Shown here: positions 49,401 through 62,000 of the stretch, in pieces | How positions within the stretch are numbered: the stretch's first letter is position 1 | Layout of the letters: each line of letters begins with the position of its first letter | Origin: Lytechinus pictus | Lineage: Eukaryota | NCBI RefSeq assembly: GCF_037042905.1 | Contig: NC_087254.1 | Location: forward strand, 24,738,001 to 24,802,000 | Direction: 5' to 3' | Length of the DNA stretch: 64,000 nucleotides | Translations under genes and position numbers: made by a program | The notes under the pieces: generated by a model | Told to the model about the DNA's origin: nothing | What the model saw: the letters and a program-made list of their open reading frames with translations, nothing else | Database searches by the model: none

Positions 49401-50782
49401 TCGGTCTCTGTTATGTTGGTTGTTCCGCTGAACTCCGTTGGCTCCACTCACCAAATACAGAGACCGAAGTTCTAGCACTATCAGTAGAGGCGCACGGCCA
49501 ATATTGGAGACTGTCTCCAATGTGGGAGATTATCTCCAATATCAGAGACTTTTGTAAAGAATTTGGGTATCCAATTTCAGAGACAGTCTCCAGTTTTGGA
49601 GTCCAGTTTCCTTTGTTTACATTTGCTGCAAAAGGATTACCTTGGCGGCAAATAAAAATGTGATAAGCAGATTCCTCATGAAAAATTACCCCTTTTCACC
49701 ATCTACTTTAAAAATTCACCGTCTACTTTTATTTTGATAAGGAATTTTGTTGTCAATCACACTCAAAACAAATGGGCTTCTGACCTCAGTGAGACAAAAT
49801 TTTGGGTGGAAAAATCATACTTTTGTTGGTGTTGTTTCTTTTGTCCTTTTGCAAAGCAAGTCTCCAATGTGGGAGATTGTCTCCCCTATTGGAGAGAGTC
49901 TCCCATATTGGCCGTGCGCCTCTACTGACTATCTGTACAGGGGACTCAATGGCCATATGTTTATGTATTAAGTTCGGATAAAACAGGGAAGTGAGGTTGC
50001 GCGACAGCCGAAGTAAGTGACTGTTTTTTCCTCATCTAAGTTTATTTTTCCCCGTTTTGGTGCATTTTAGGCCAAAACAAAATAATAATCTTTATTTTGG
50101 TAGTTCTTTTTATATATTTTTATGAAATAAAAGACAAAATCGATGAGCCCCGTCGGGGGGAATTTGCATTGTTAACCCCCTAATGGTGGCTGCATGAGGA
50201 GAAATTTTTTTTTTTTAAAGTTAAAAAAACTCCTCGAAACAGACGGCTGCCAGCTGTCTACTTGCCATACAAATACTACCAGTCACAATTCTCTGACTAC
50301 CTGTTTACCCGTTTCACCAGAGAACAATATATTTGGTCCACTGAATCTATTCATTGTTCTCTGGTGAAACAGGTAAACAGGTAGTCAAAGAATTGTACCC
50401 AGTTGTTGTAATTGTATGTCCGGACAGGTTTTGTGTCTGGACACTCAATTTTAGAAATATCAATAAAAAGTCATTTGGAAAAATTTTCAAGCGAAGTCTC
50501 ATCAATTTTTAGTACAAATTATTAGGAAATAAAATTAGAAAACAAAATAGAAGATAAGATGATAACAACAATTGAATTCATATTTTTAGTGTAATCCAAC
50601 TTGTTGTGTACCTCATGTGCTTTGCTCGTTGAAATTGTAAAATCTTGCTCGCTGTGTGGATACAGTTTGTTCAAACTGTAATTGCTCTGGAAATGTCCAG
50701 CATTCAGACGATTTGGTGTCACGCAGAGATTCCTCCGATGTACAAAAAGGCAAAAAGCACGTCTCATCATCATACTCGACAT
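43411..50782 (-). CDS. MRPL58: Mitochondrial peptidyl-tRNA hydrolase ICT1 / mitoribosomal protein mL62, 206 aa, 6 exons
   Basis: Minus-strand exons 50782-50612, 48022-47974, 46050-45991, 45189-45107, 44660-44491, 43498-43411; 621 nt. Arg-rich N-terminal presequence, YSLNKLYP, FSGQIPVDKL, catalytic SRSGGAGGQNVNKVETKVDVRF, SERTRSQIRN and basic C-terminal tail. Confidence 0.95.
46321..46480. mobile_element. Small MITE
   Basis: GGGGCCCC...TACCATTATGGTAACTTTGC / GCAAAGTTACCATAATGGTAA...GGGGCAC. Confidence 0.6.
46610..46810. repeat. AAT-rich low-complexity tract
   Basis: Nearly pure A/T. Confidence 0.8.
47175..47733. mobile_element. Kolobok-like TTAA MITE, left end truncated
   Basis: Ends GGTGGACTGGACCT|TTAA; internal IR CTGAAAATTTCATCAAAATCGGATGTAAAA / TTTTACATCAAATTTTGATATTTTCAG. 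Confidence 0.6.
49388..50260 (+). mobile_element. TAGA...TCTA 9-bp-TSD element, copy 2, in ICT1 intron 1
   Basis: TAGAC...GTCTA. Left flank CTTGCCATG; right flank CTTGCCAT(G), interrupted by a later hairpin insertion. Confidence 0.85.
49482..49927. mobile_element. 446-bp MITE with 5-bp TSD (ACTAT)
   Basis: Perfect 23-bp TIR CAGTAGAGGCGCACGGCCAATAT; subterminal GTCTCCAATGTGGGAGATT repeats; the empty site is visible in copy 1 near 13035-13045. Confidence 0.9.
50269..50415. mobile_element. Foldback hairpin element
   Basis: Arms ACAATTCTCTGACTACCTGTTTACCCGTTTCACCAGAGAACAAT / ATTGTTCTCTGGTGAAACAGGTAAACAGGTAGTCAAAGAATTGT. Confidence 0.75.
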
Positions 50783-51025
50783 TTGACAGTTGTCAGGAAT
50801 AGGAAGAATTAGATAATTCAGCTACATACGGCGATACGCATACATGGGACTGTAGTGTAATATTGCGCATGCAAATTATTAGACTGCCGTAATCGCAGCC
50901 TGGCTTCAGCTTTGAGCACAGCAATGCACAGTGATGCATGCACAGTAGTAGCAATGTTACGAGCACTCCTGTCGTTGTGATGTTACGTGTATTATATATC
51001 ATGCTATCATACGTCAGGATATGAA

Positions 51026-51107
51026 GGTAGCGTGGCCGAGCGGTCTAAGGCGCTGGTTTAAGGCACCAGTCATTTCGATGGCGTGGGTTCGAATCCCACC
51101 GCTGCCA
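51026..51107 (+). tRNA. tRNA-Leu (anticodon AAG)
   Basis: 82 nt, GGTAGCG...CGCTGCCA. A box TGGCCGAGCGG, anticodon stem CTGGT/ACCAG with loop TTAAGGC, long variable arm, B box GGTTCGAATCC, followed by T-runs. Confidence 0.97.
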
Positions 51108-51111
51108 CATC

Positions 51112-51124
51112 TTTTTATTTTTTT
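51112..51124 (+). terminator. RNA polymerase III oligo-T terminator of tRNA-Leu
   Basis: TTTTTATTTTTTT beginning 5 nt after the tRNA 3' end. Confidence 0.75.
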
Positions 51125-51126
51125 AA

Positions 51127-51904
51127 AGGAGAATGAAACTCTTGGAGCAAGTTAGCTTTTGTGAAAGCAGAAAAATCAAAGAATAAGATCAACAAAAGTT
51201 TGAGTAAAATAGGACTAGCAATAGAAGAGTTATCAACATTTGAATGTCGAGATCACTAATGCTATGGAGATCCTCCTTTTGGCAAAGCGACCAAGATCTA
51301 TGATGTCACAGATGAACAACTCTCCCCTTTTGGACACTGAAAATATACCCCAAAACATCTCTTTTTGCTCATTCTAATCATATGACAAAATTATTCATCA
51401 ATGATATAATGTTGTGAAACCTCTGTACTTGTCCTCTCATAAAGAGAACACCTCACCTTGTGATAGACTCTATAAAAGTGAGAATATAAGTGAAATAAGT
51501 ACTAAAGTAATGAGGGAGTTGTACGTGTGTGACATCACAGATCTTGGTCGCATTGCCAATTGGAGGATCTACATGGCATTATAGTGTAGTATGTTTCACG
51601 GTACACCATGTATCTTTCTTGGGCATATGTTGGTACACCATGTATCTTTCTTGGGCATATGTTGGTCCTGAAAAGGACCAACATATGCCCAAGAAAGATA
51701 CATGGTGTACCGTGAAACCTACTACACTATTCTTCTTCGCCATGGAAACCTTCAGAAATTACTACATGGCATTAGTGATCTCAATATTCAAATGCTCATA
51801 ACTTTCTTATTCTTCATTCAATCTTCCTCAAATTTTCAACAATATGTTTCTTTGATTTTTCTCTTTGATATGGATTCAGCTGGTTTCAAGGGTTTCATTC
51901 TCCT
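51127..51904. mobile_element. Kolobok-like MITE with TTAA TSD, immediately downstream of tRNA-Leu
   Basis: TTAA|AGGAGAATGAAACTCTTG...CAAGGGTTTCATTCTCCT|TTAA; long internal IR (GCGACCAAGATCTATGATGTCAC / GTGACATCACAGATCTTGGTCGC). Confidence 0.85.
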
Positions 51905-52099
51905 TTAAGTTACCTCCTTATATTTCAAAGCTGGAAAAGTAAAAGAAAATTCTAACTTTAGTAAGTAAAATGATGATGACCCAGCTGGACTGACGTTAGG
52001 GACAAACAACATTTTTAATTCACTGTAAATGAATTGGTCCATGGTAAAAAGTAGCAAATTAACTCATAAGTTTTGGTGGCCGTCTTCGATACAGTTTTA

Positions 52100-52880
52100 A
52101 TGAAGCTAGCTTGAAATTTATCTACCAATCAAATTTTCGTCTTATTTTTTACTCTGCTGGTGTAGTGTACGATTCTAGTAATAAAGGATGTGTTACCCAA
52201 TTGCAAAAGTTGCAAAACACAGCTGGAAGAATAATACTTTGGATATATCCATTCAAACATAAAATCATATCGTATATATTCACCAAATCCTAAACTGGAA
52301 ATCTTTGGAATGTCATCGACAAAAATGTATAAACTCCATGATTTTCAAAATCATTCATGATCTCAGTGCCCCTTACTTAAAATATTCTTTCAATACTATT
52401 TATCACAACTATTCATTGCTCTCAATTGGAAACTTATATCTTTACCTAAGCCACGTCGTCGAATGTTTTCATCACTGGCGGATGGAGCCTCGCAATTTAA
52501 TTATTTATCTCCTTCTAGTATAAAATCATCTTCTAATTATAACAAATTCATTATAGGACACTTTATGACATATTTCCTTTTAAACCAAAGTTCAAAAAAT
52601 ATAATTTGGGGGTACTTTTGGGGTGGGTGGGTACGTTATAGGTACTCGGTTTCTACAGTAGGGTGGGGTTGCTGTTCTTTCTCCCTTATACAAATTTGTT
52701 AATGAATTTATTTTTGTAATATGAATTTTATCTTTTTTGTTTGATATAGCTGGACCCCTCGGCAGAACAAATGTGCTGTAATGGCTCAGCTGAGTAGAGC
52801 GATCTATCCAATGTTATTTTATCACGTATTATGTTGTAATTTTATTGTTTTTATATTGGTAAATAAACTAAAATCAATTC
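52100..52880 (+). mobile_element. Degraded LINE (CR1/L2-group) 3' end
   Basis: LQKLQNTAGRIIL and MIFKIIHDLSAPYL resemble the C-terminal region of CR1/L2 ORF2; AATAAA plus short-repeat tail at ~52862. Confidence 0.65.
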
Positions 52881-55800
52881 AGACTTTGCAAATCTTTAAT
52901 CTGCTTGCCTACGTACCCGCCCAACAATGCCCCCCCCCCCTTCACTAATACTTTTTCCAAAGAGCCAAATACAAATATATATTCTTTGTGTTATCATTTT
53001 GAAAATAACATTGATAACGATAATTTGGAAAAATAAACCACATTACACTGCGTAGGCCTAAGCCTTGTATGCACACTGATGGGAACTGAACTCCGATATA
53101 GATCAAGAAAAGGATACATTCGATCGTCATACCAATTTTAAACTGAGCTAGCATTATTTTGAGACGGCCATTTTTGATAATGTGCTTTGGAGCCGCGGAA
53201 CGGGGAACTGGTGGACCAGATTCAGGACAAACACGTAAAAATTACAATCTAATTGTGATTTTCTACAATTGTCAGCCCCCCCCCCCCCCCGCCGCTCCAC
53301 ACACAAACACTTTCAAAACCGTTCCGCCCCTGCAGTGAGTGATAGAAAAATAATATTACTTCTTAAATATTTTCTAATTCCATCATGTCTAGTCTACTGT
53401 GATATAATTTTTTTCTTGTCCTGAATGGGCATAAATCATCACAGTGCTTTTTTTTTATGAAAGTGTGTACATAAATCGGAAATCGGTTAAAATTCATCGT
53501 CAATATTATTGAAACTCTGATAATGGACATTATTCATTCCACTTTTTTATTCAAGAGTCTGTCCAATATTAAGGAAAAAAATATGTTCTCCTTTAGAGCC
53601 CCTCTTTATACTCAGCATATACTAGTATATTAACAAAAATGCACTCCTATAATAACTTGTAAATCTAATACAGATGAAATGATCAGCTGGGTGCAGTTTT
53701 CTATTTCAGCCATTTTGATTAATTCAGTTAACACATAGCTCCATGATTTAACAGAGGGAGCAGTTGCAAACCATTGTTTATCAATGTAATAATTTCAATT
53801 AGTTCGTTTTATGGTGTACATGACCATACACTGTGTAAAAATATTTTGTGAGTGTGTATGTTTTCAAATATTATTTTATTCGCTTGAAAGTTCTAGTGAC
53901 ATCAACATTATGACAATATATTGTTAACTGAAGAATTATAACTTCATAATACGCACCAAGATAATAATCAATTATTGATGTTTGGTGAAACCCCCCCCCC
54001 CCCCACACACACACACACACACCCAATAAGATATACAGATGAACTTTTCTTCTTTAATTAATTTCCAGTTTTGTAATCAATGAGTCCATAATCAAACAAT
54101 AATAATGATAAACTGAATCTGGTGTGAGATGGTGAAATACAAGTTTAGGTGCCACCTTAGAACACTATTTGTTTAATCATGACCTCAGTAAATAAACATA
54201 AATAAGCGATATAACTCGCTCAAAGTCTGATTCTGAGTGGTAGTACACTATGGACCCACTCTTGAGATGGGTACATGGACGCAAAGATGAATAATACGAA
54301 AACTCTTCGAAATTATGTGAACATGGTTAATCTTTAACTTGCAATTTGTGTTTGGTTCCCACTGAAGGGTGACTCCTGGTACGCGGTTTGTCTGTTAATG
54401 TTTAAAGCAATCAAAATTTCTGAATCACCTGAACTTTGGACTGTGGTGACAATCTTTATACAAGTGGGGGCTCTAGGGTATTTTGGTAGGGGCCGGTAGT
54501 GGAGGGGGCAACACCTTCTAAATGTGACATATTTTTATCAATTACTCAAAAAGGGTGTCATAAAATTACACGAATAAAGCCTCTTTCATTAATACTCTTT
54601 TTTCTTCTTTTATTTTTCTTCCTCCTTTTTTCCTTCCCCTATTCTTTCTTTATTTTTTTTATCAAACTGACTATCAAGCGCTCGCCCACCCTGCCCCATG
54701 CTTTTGAGCCATCCTTGTTTTTTAGCCGCTGAAGCAATATATGTCCCGGACGTCTCGTAGGTTGCAAAGTCAATCACAAATGAATGACTTTGGCATTTCA
54801 TGGTTTTTGTTACTTCAGTCTAGAGTAACTTATTTGGGATGAAAACTAACATGTTTCAGAGTGCTATATTAAAAAAAAAGAGTTTTCATAAACACTGTAA
54901 AAACGCTGTTAAAAATATTTAGCACGTTGTTAGCTTTGTTTTAACTTTTAAACATTTGTTTAACTTTCTAAACAATTTGTTTAAACCTTTGTACAACTTG
55001 TTAAAAATTTAGGCAAAAATGGTTGTTCAACAAACTTGCTTAAATAACGTGCTTTTTTACCTGTTTACAGTTACTGATGACTTTAGTAGAATAAATGGGT
55101 TTTCTTATAGACTACTTTGGGGATTCCGGGGGTCAGTGTAAAAATCAACCAATATTTATCGGTTAGAAACACTCGCTCTGTGCATACCAGTATAATGCTT
55201 TGTGAAACTTTAAAATGTATGTTTTTATTAATGATGACCTCAGTGCTATATGTGTTTCAATGTTTAAATCAACCTATGATTGTTCGTGCTCGAACTTCAC
55301 CTTTTAATATTACTATAAAGTGATTGGAAATAAGAATGCGAATACGATTACCATTTAAAGCGACTGGAGACTGAAAAAAGACATGTGTTGATTTAACGGT
55401 TTGAAATAGTCATGTAAAACCAACATCCAAAATGGCTTTATAGGGAGAGGTGAAGCTCATTTACATTGATCTGATCATCTCAACACTCATATACCAAACA
55501 TTCCCCCAAACATCATCTTGGGTTAATCATTAATAATATGCATACTTTGCTTTTGCAACTATTCAAACAAATGCCGTTAGAACGAGCCAATAGCGTGGCG
55601 TCTTCCTCATCAATAATTACGGCCCTGTAGCACGAAGCTTAACAATCCATTGTACCATTGATTTTACCATTGATAGCACATAAAAATGAACACAACCTGT
55701 TTTGGAAACCAACTCTACTATCAATCTTTAAGTTTTATGTTAAAGGGCCCCGAACTATTCTTCGAGTGATATATTTGCGTGTGCGTCCGTGAAAAATACT

Positions 55801-56030
55801 AAGGTGTAGCCCGTTTATGAAAAAACCACTTGCTCATAAGGTTCTTTTACCGCCATTTTTTATCTTCACGCTTGTTTTTTCTTCTTCAATCTTTGGCAGT
55901 TATACCTGAGGAAAGCCATTCATCTGCTATCCAGTATACTGGCACCATTTAGTCACTGTAAGGCTGCTATTCTAATTCCCCATTTGGAACATACTTTGGG
56001 ATAAATTCTAGACTGAGTAGCAATACAAAA

Positions 56031-59000
56031 ATGGCACGCAGGAGAGATAGAGATGACAAAATTTCGATCGATGCCAGCGACATCGTCGAACTGTCGAAAG
56101 CGACGTCGATCTTCGAGAAGTTCATCCAGTCGACATTTGCTGAGTTCGCTGGAACCATGATCTACACCTTCCTTGCTTGTATGGCAGTAACTACGATGGA
56201 TGTAACGCTGATTGCATTCGCAGAAGGACTTGGAATCGCCTTCCTCTGCTCAGCATTCTTGAATGTCAGGTGAGTTGGGTTTATTTTTTAGCTATATATA
56301 GTTTGAAGTCTTGGTTGTAAGTCTGAAATTTTTATTAACTTTGAAATTATTTGGTTTGGCATTCATCACAAATAACATAAAAATACATATTATATTGTAA
56401 AATTGTGCCATTTAAAACGATTTTTTAAATTCCTGTAGTGTAATATAGGTTGCATGCAAGATGTGCAACATAATGTGGTACTTAAATGGCGTTTCTATTA
56501 CACTAAAAATGACGACTCTTTCTGATACATTGTGTTGACCCATTCGACTGTCAAATATAAATATGCTTCCGGTAAATAATATTATATGTTTATCAAAATA
56601 GTGACCTATGTCGTGAAATTCACTAAACTTATTTGAAAATTATACAGTGCCCCCCTCAAAAAACACGAATTTATCATAACTTTATCACAATAAAACAACG
56701 ATAAATGGTGCATATTTTGTAAAACTTGTATTCCTTACTTTCAATTTATGCAAATGGCTTCCCACAGGCTTAGTAAATGTTAATAACGGTTACCAACAAG
56801 CAATAGCGGGCAGCATCTGAATTTTGAATTTTCAAAGAGAAAATCACATTTATCATTTTGTTTTTGTTCCCCTATAAATTAGATCTCAAACAACAAAAAT
56901 GATCCAAGAATAACAAAGCACTTTTAATTGTGTTTTAATGATGTTGATGATTTGTATGTGTATTTTCATGATATTGTGAAATAAACAAAATACTGCACGA
57001 CTGCCATTTAGAAATTTTCTATTTCAACTCCGTTTTGTCGATTTGACTACATGTATAGCCATTTAACTAGCGTTAACTTTATATACGTCCAATGCTACTA
57101 TACATTCATCAATTCCAAACGAATTCTTTAGTTTATGTCTTATCATTTTGTTATTTTCTCAACTCCATTCAATTTACCCCTTTCCTTATCCTTATTGATT
57201 TTTTTTTAATTAATCGTTTAATTTGTAGTCAGTATTAGTTCAGGTACATATGATACATATTGTATATAGGTTATATGACAGAATGTTGCAGTGTGTACCT
57301 GGCGAAAATATATATATACTGTATATGTCCAATCTGAAAATGAGTAGCCGAATACCGAATGTACAGTCGATGCAGGGAAGTGTTATAACACTTCCCTGGT
57401 CGATGTACTGAAATAGAAAAGCCAACTTAGAATATTTTAGAGGAGATTGGTGAATAAAGTATTTCTGCTTGGCCCTAGCCGCCGCCGCCCTATATATAGC
57501 CTTACATATTTAACACTTACCAAAATAACTTGCTAAATAACTTTTTACTGAATTCTATTTGGTAAAAAGCTTAGTAATGAGTAGGCCTAAAATGGCACAT
57601 GAAATTAATGTTTTCACCATCAATAACTCTCGGAGCATAATAGGGTATAAGTCTTTTATTTATTAGCCAACAACGTATACATGCAGGATTAAGTTACACT
57701 TTTGACATGTTTGATTTAATGGGATTCTGAAAGAAAAGTGATACATGTAATGCTATGCTAATAAGCGTGTAGGGTATAATCTACGGATGGTGTTATTCTA
57801 AGACGGTTATACGTCAATATGTTTAAAGAATACAATTTTATGTTGATCTTTCGAAAAAGTATTCTGAATAAAATTCCAAACTGAAACTAACAAAGTTTCG
57901 GTTTCCAATATAACTGTAGAATTGGTGTTTGTTTTTATGTTTCTATCATAATTCTTAGTCGATAACTCCTTCTTTCCAATCTCGGAGATAATACTCGATG
58001 AGTCCAAAACTTTCGATTTTTTTCGATGTAATGAACCCCAAATGTCTTTCAAAGTGATGCATGACCTAAGTTGTAAAATACATGTAATTGATTAAATGAT
58101 TAATTTCAAATGTCCTCCAAATCATTCGCATATTATAGTGACATTATTTTGGGTGTAACCTCGATTAGCATCTCGCTATTATGTTAGCTCCAATTACCAA
58201 ATGTTTATGTTCATTTGTGATGTACTATTTCATGTAATGGGATTTGGTAATAAAATTCAATTCATTAAGGAAACCCTACTGAAATATTTATATCATTAAC
58301 AAAATATACTGGGTTATAATCACGTGACGCAGATTGATGATGACTCAACAGGCAAATACGCAGTTCGCTTAGTTTATGGTAAATCAAAATGTTTACTTAA
58401 TCTGAAGGCTTGGTCTGCAGCATTTTAATAAGCTAATAACAAAATTCTACGATCCTCCAAAATGCTAACAAAATATAGGTTACTGGTTGATCCACATGGT
58501 TCCAAAGTAATAAATTGTCTTTAAACTTGCAAAAAACATATTATGTTAATTTCAAGAACTCCAAAACAATAGCTGATCATTATACAGAAGAAATAAAGAT
58601 AAGTGGGATTTCTATCGGACAAAAAAATAATGTGAGATTTTTAGTTGTCATTTTAGATGAGTTTTTAAGATGGAATGACCATGTATCTAAAATATTGACG
58701 TCTGTATCAATATGTATAGGTATAATGTTTAAAGTTTTATAGGTGTTTTTTCTGTATGTGATATATATGTATATATTCTTGTTTGTGATTTGATGATTAT
58801 GTTTGTTTTTAATTGAATATGGAAATAAATGAAATGAAATACTATTTACCTCCCCAAACATTACTCTCAATTTATAATTCTATTTTACTTCCACATGTCA
58901 CTTATTGCAATATTGTATGGGGCTTATTCAAATAAAAAAAATCACCATATCCTTTTACTTCAAAAGAAAGCTATTCGTTTGTATGCCAAAGCAGGTTATT

Positions 59001-62000
59001 ATGAAAATACTGGTCCCCTCTTTAACCGTTTCAAGACTTTAAAAAATTGATGATATACATAAATTTCAAATTGCTTTGTTTATGTTTAGGTTTCACTGGC
59101 GTCAATTACCAATAACATTTGATCATATGTTCCTTTTGAATTCATTTATTCACAATTATCCTACGAGAACCTCAACAAATTTACATTTATCAAACCCGCT
59201 AACCGCCTTAGCCCAATTGTCAATAAGACATACTGGTCCAGATACCTGGAAAGATATACCTTTAACAATACGTTGTGCACCTACATTGAACAAATTTAAG
59301 GTTGAGTTTAAGCATTCCATTATTAGCACTTATTTGAGTTAAGATATTGTTCTATCATCAGTTTCATCATATTGCATAATGTATTTTTTGTATTATTTTA
59401 TACGACGTATCTATGTTAAACATAGTAATATTAATCGATACACGGCTGGTGTGTTATTATCATTTGATTTATTCTTGACATGCTTGATGTGTTTTCCTTT
59501 TGGCCCTGCTTTTATTGTTAAATATGACTTATATTTATTTTATTCAGGGCCGTAGTCTTTCTTGAGGGGCGTCCTTTTTCAAGCCTTTGTGCTTATGACT
59601 GTCCCCTCCCATGCATTGATTGTTTATTGTTATTTTACCGTGAAATATTGTCAATATATTTTCTGTTGTATGATTTATCTTTTGCATGGAAATAAAGAAT
59701 CAATCAATCAATCAATCTAACTGCACAATTAGGGGTGCTTCACCGTGCTTGCTCCAAGTAGCGTAATGAGCACAAAAAAAATTGGTTTAGGGGCCAATGG
59801 GCCAAACGGGGTGTAGGGAGCAACATTTTTTAATGTCGTAAGCGAAGCGAGCGAGCAAACTTTTTGACATTTTTATACGAAAAGATAATTTTGTAATAGG
59901 TTTTGAAAATATATATAGAAAATGAAATATTATTTTACTTTTTTTCCTTTCCTTTCGTTTTGTTTCCTTTTCTACATTTTTTTGGGGGGAGTGGAACTTT
60001 TTCGAGGGGCACCGGGCCCTGTAAGCTATACGCCAGTAGGTGCTCCGCAAGTAATAGCAAATTTAGACATTTTAAAAATGAAAATGATAGATGATAGTAT
60101 TCAAAGTGGTAATGGTAATATATGGCGACGTCCATTAAAGAAATATATTGTTTTTAACATAGTTCTGATAGCTCTATAGGGTTTCTCCTCTGTTGTCCCG
60201 TTGATTGAAATTATTGTTTTACTTGTTCTACAGGTATTTCCTTTATAGCATAGTTATTTTTTTCATTTGCCATTTTCATTTCATTTTTATTCGTCATGTA
60301 ATATCGTAGGAAAAGACGATTTATATAGTCATGATAGAGGCAATGGAGCGATTATGCAAGTGCAAAGTACATTAAATTCTCGAATGATTTTTCTTGTTTT
60401 TACGATGATATTGTGTATACCTCATATTCACACGATAATAGCCCCCCCCCCCCCCTCCCTCCCGTTCACAAACACGATATTTGATTTCCTTCTGTTAAAT
60501 GTAACTGTTACCAGGAAGAGAAGGATTTCTTTTATAAATTTCCGTGAAAAGTTGATCAATTAATATGCATCGCAATAAATAACAGCTTCTCTTTTTATAT
60601 TTTCCTTTCTCCTTTTCTGTCTTTTCTCCTTTCTCTGTTCATTTCCTTTCTCCCTTCCCCTTTCCCTTCCCAATTTGTCTTTTCCCCCTTTCTTATGAAC
60701 AGTGGAGGCCTCTTCAATCCAGGATTAACATTTGCCATGGCATTGGCTGGAGGAGTCAACGCACTCGCCGCCATCTTATATTTCATTGTCCAGATACTCG
60801 GAGCTCTAATTGGGGCTTCTTTTGTCAAGGTAATATCTTTGGAGTCTGCTTGTGTCGGGGAAATCACATCGAGTCCGAATATTAAAAAAATAAATAAGAA
60901 TAAAAGAAAGAATAGATTGATATTTTGTTACATGAAACAATTGTGAGGTTCCCTATTGTTAATATGAGATGGTGATGATGGAGATGACTGTGATGATGGC
61001 GATGGCGGAGATGACGATGATGAGGATGATGAGGATGATGAGAATGATGATGAAGATGACAAAGATGACGATGATGAGGATGATGAGAATGATGATGAAG
61101 ATGACGAAGATGACGATGATGACGATGATGATGATGATTATGACGTGATGGTGATAATGATGGTGGTGATGATGATGATGGTGGTGGTGGTTATGATGAT
61201 GACGATGATGTTGATTGTGGTGGTGCTGATCACCATAGGGTCCATAGATAGGAACTCCCCTTCCCCCTCCCTCTCTCTCTCTCCCTCTCTCTCTCTTTCT
61301 CAATCTCTTCCTATTATATCGTTCAACCCCTTTATGCCTTTACAACTTCTCTCTATTTCTATCACACCAGGCCGTAGTCCTCAATGACTCCTACTACGAC
61401 ATCAAGGGAGGCTGCAACCAGTACCGTGGACTGGTGCCTTACGACAAGTATGACGCTAACCGACAGATAGACATGACACAGGGAACCGCCGTGGTCATTG
61501 AGGCCATCCTCAGTACCATGATCTATCTCGTTTACCTCATGTCTAATCTTGACACGAAAGCCCGCCAGGTCACCGGCCCTCTCGCCTACGGATTCGCGGT
61601 CCTCGTCAGTATCATTTGCGCGTAAGAGTCAATCTTTGAAATTATTACAACCGCGAGATAATATTGAGTTACCTCGATTTATGCTATTCATTTTATCGAT
61701 TTTCAATCCCAAATACAATATTTATAAAATTACTTGTAACAATCGAAAAGAAAGAAACAACAACAGCATCATCTTCCTGTTTGACTTGAAAATAATGGTT
61801 TATCCCGTCACTTAAGAAAGGAGACTTGGAGGCCACTGCTGGGCCCCCAAAACTTTCTCGGCCAAGAAAAGAAAGGGAAGGAGAAATGAAAAGGAAAAAA
61901 GCAAAAGGGATTTTTTTTTTTCGAAATCTGTCATAAGTTTAGATTTTCACATTAAAAAAAAAAATTCTCGCTCGCGACTGTTTGGAACTTTTACCCCATG

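Noticed and set aside
49023-49475. 150-aa plus-strand ORF
   Set aside because: It crosses a transposon boundary, has no known motif and lies antisense within an ICT1 intron.
60959-61387. His/Ile-rich and Met/Val-rich ORFs
   Set aside because: Intronic trinucleotide microsatellite.
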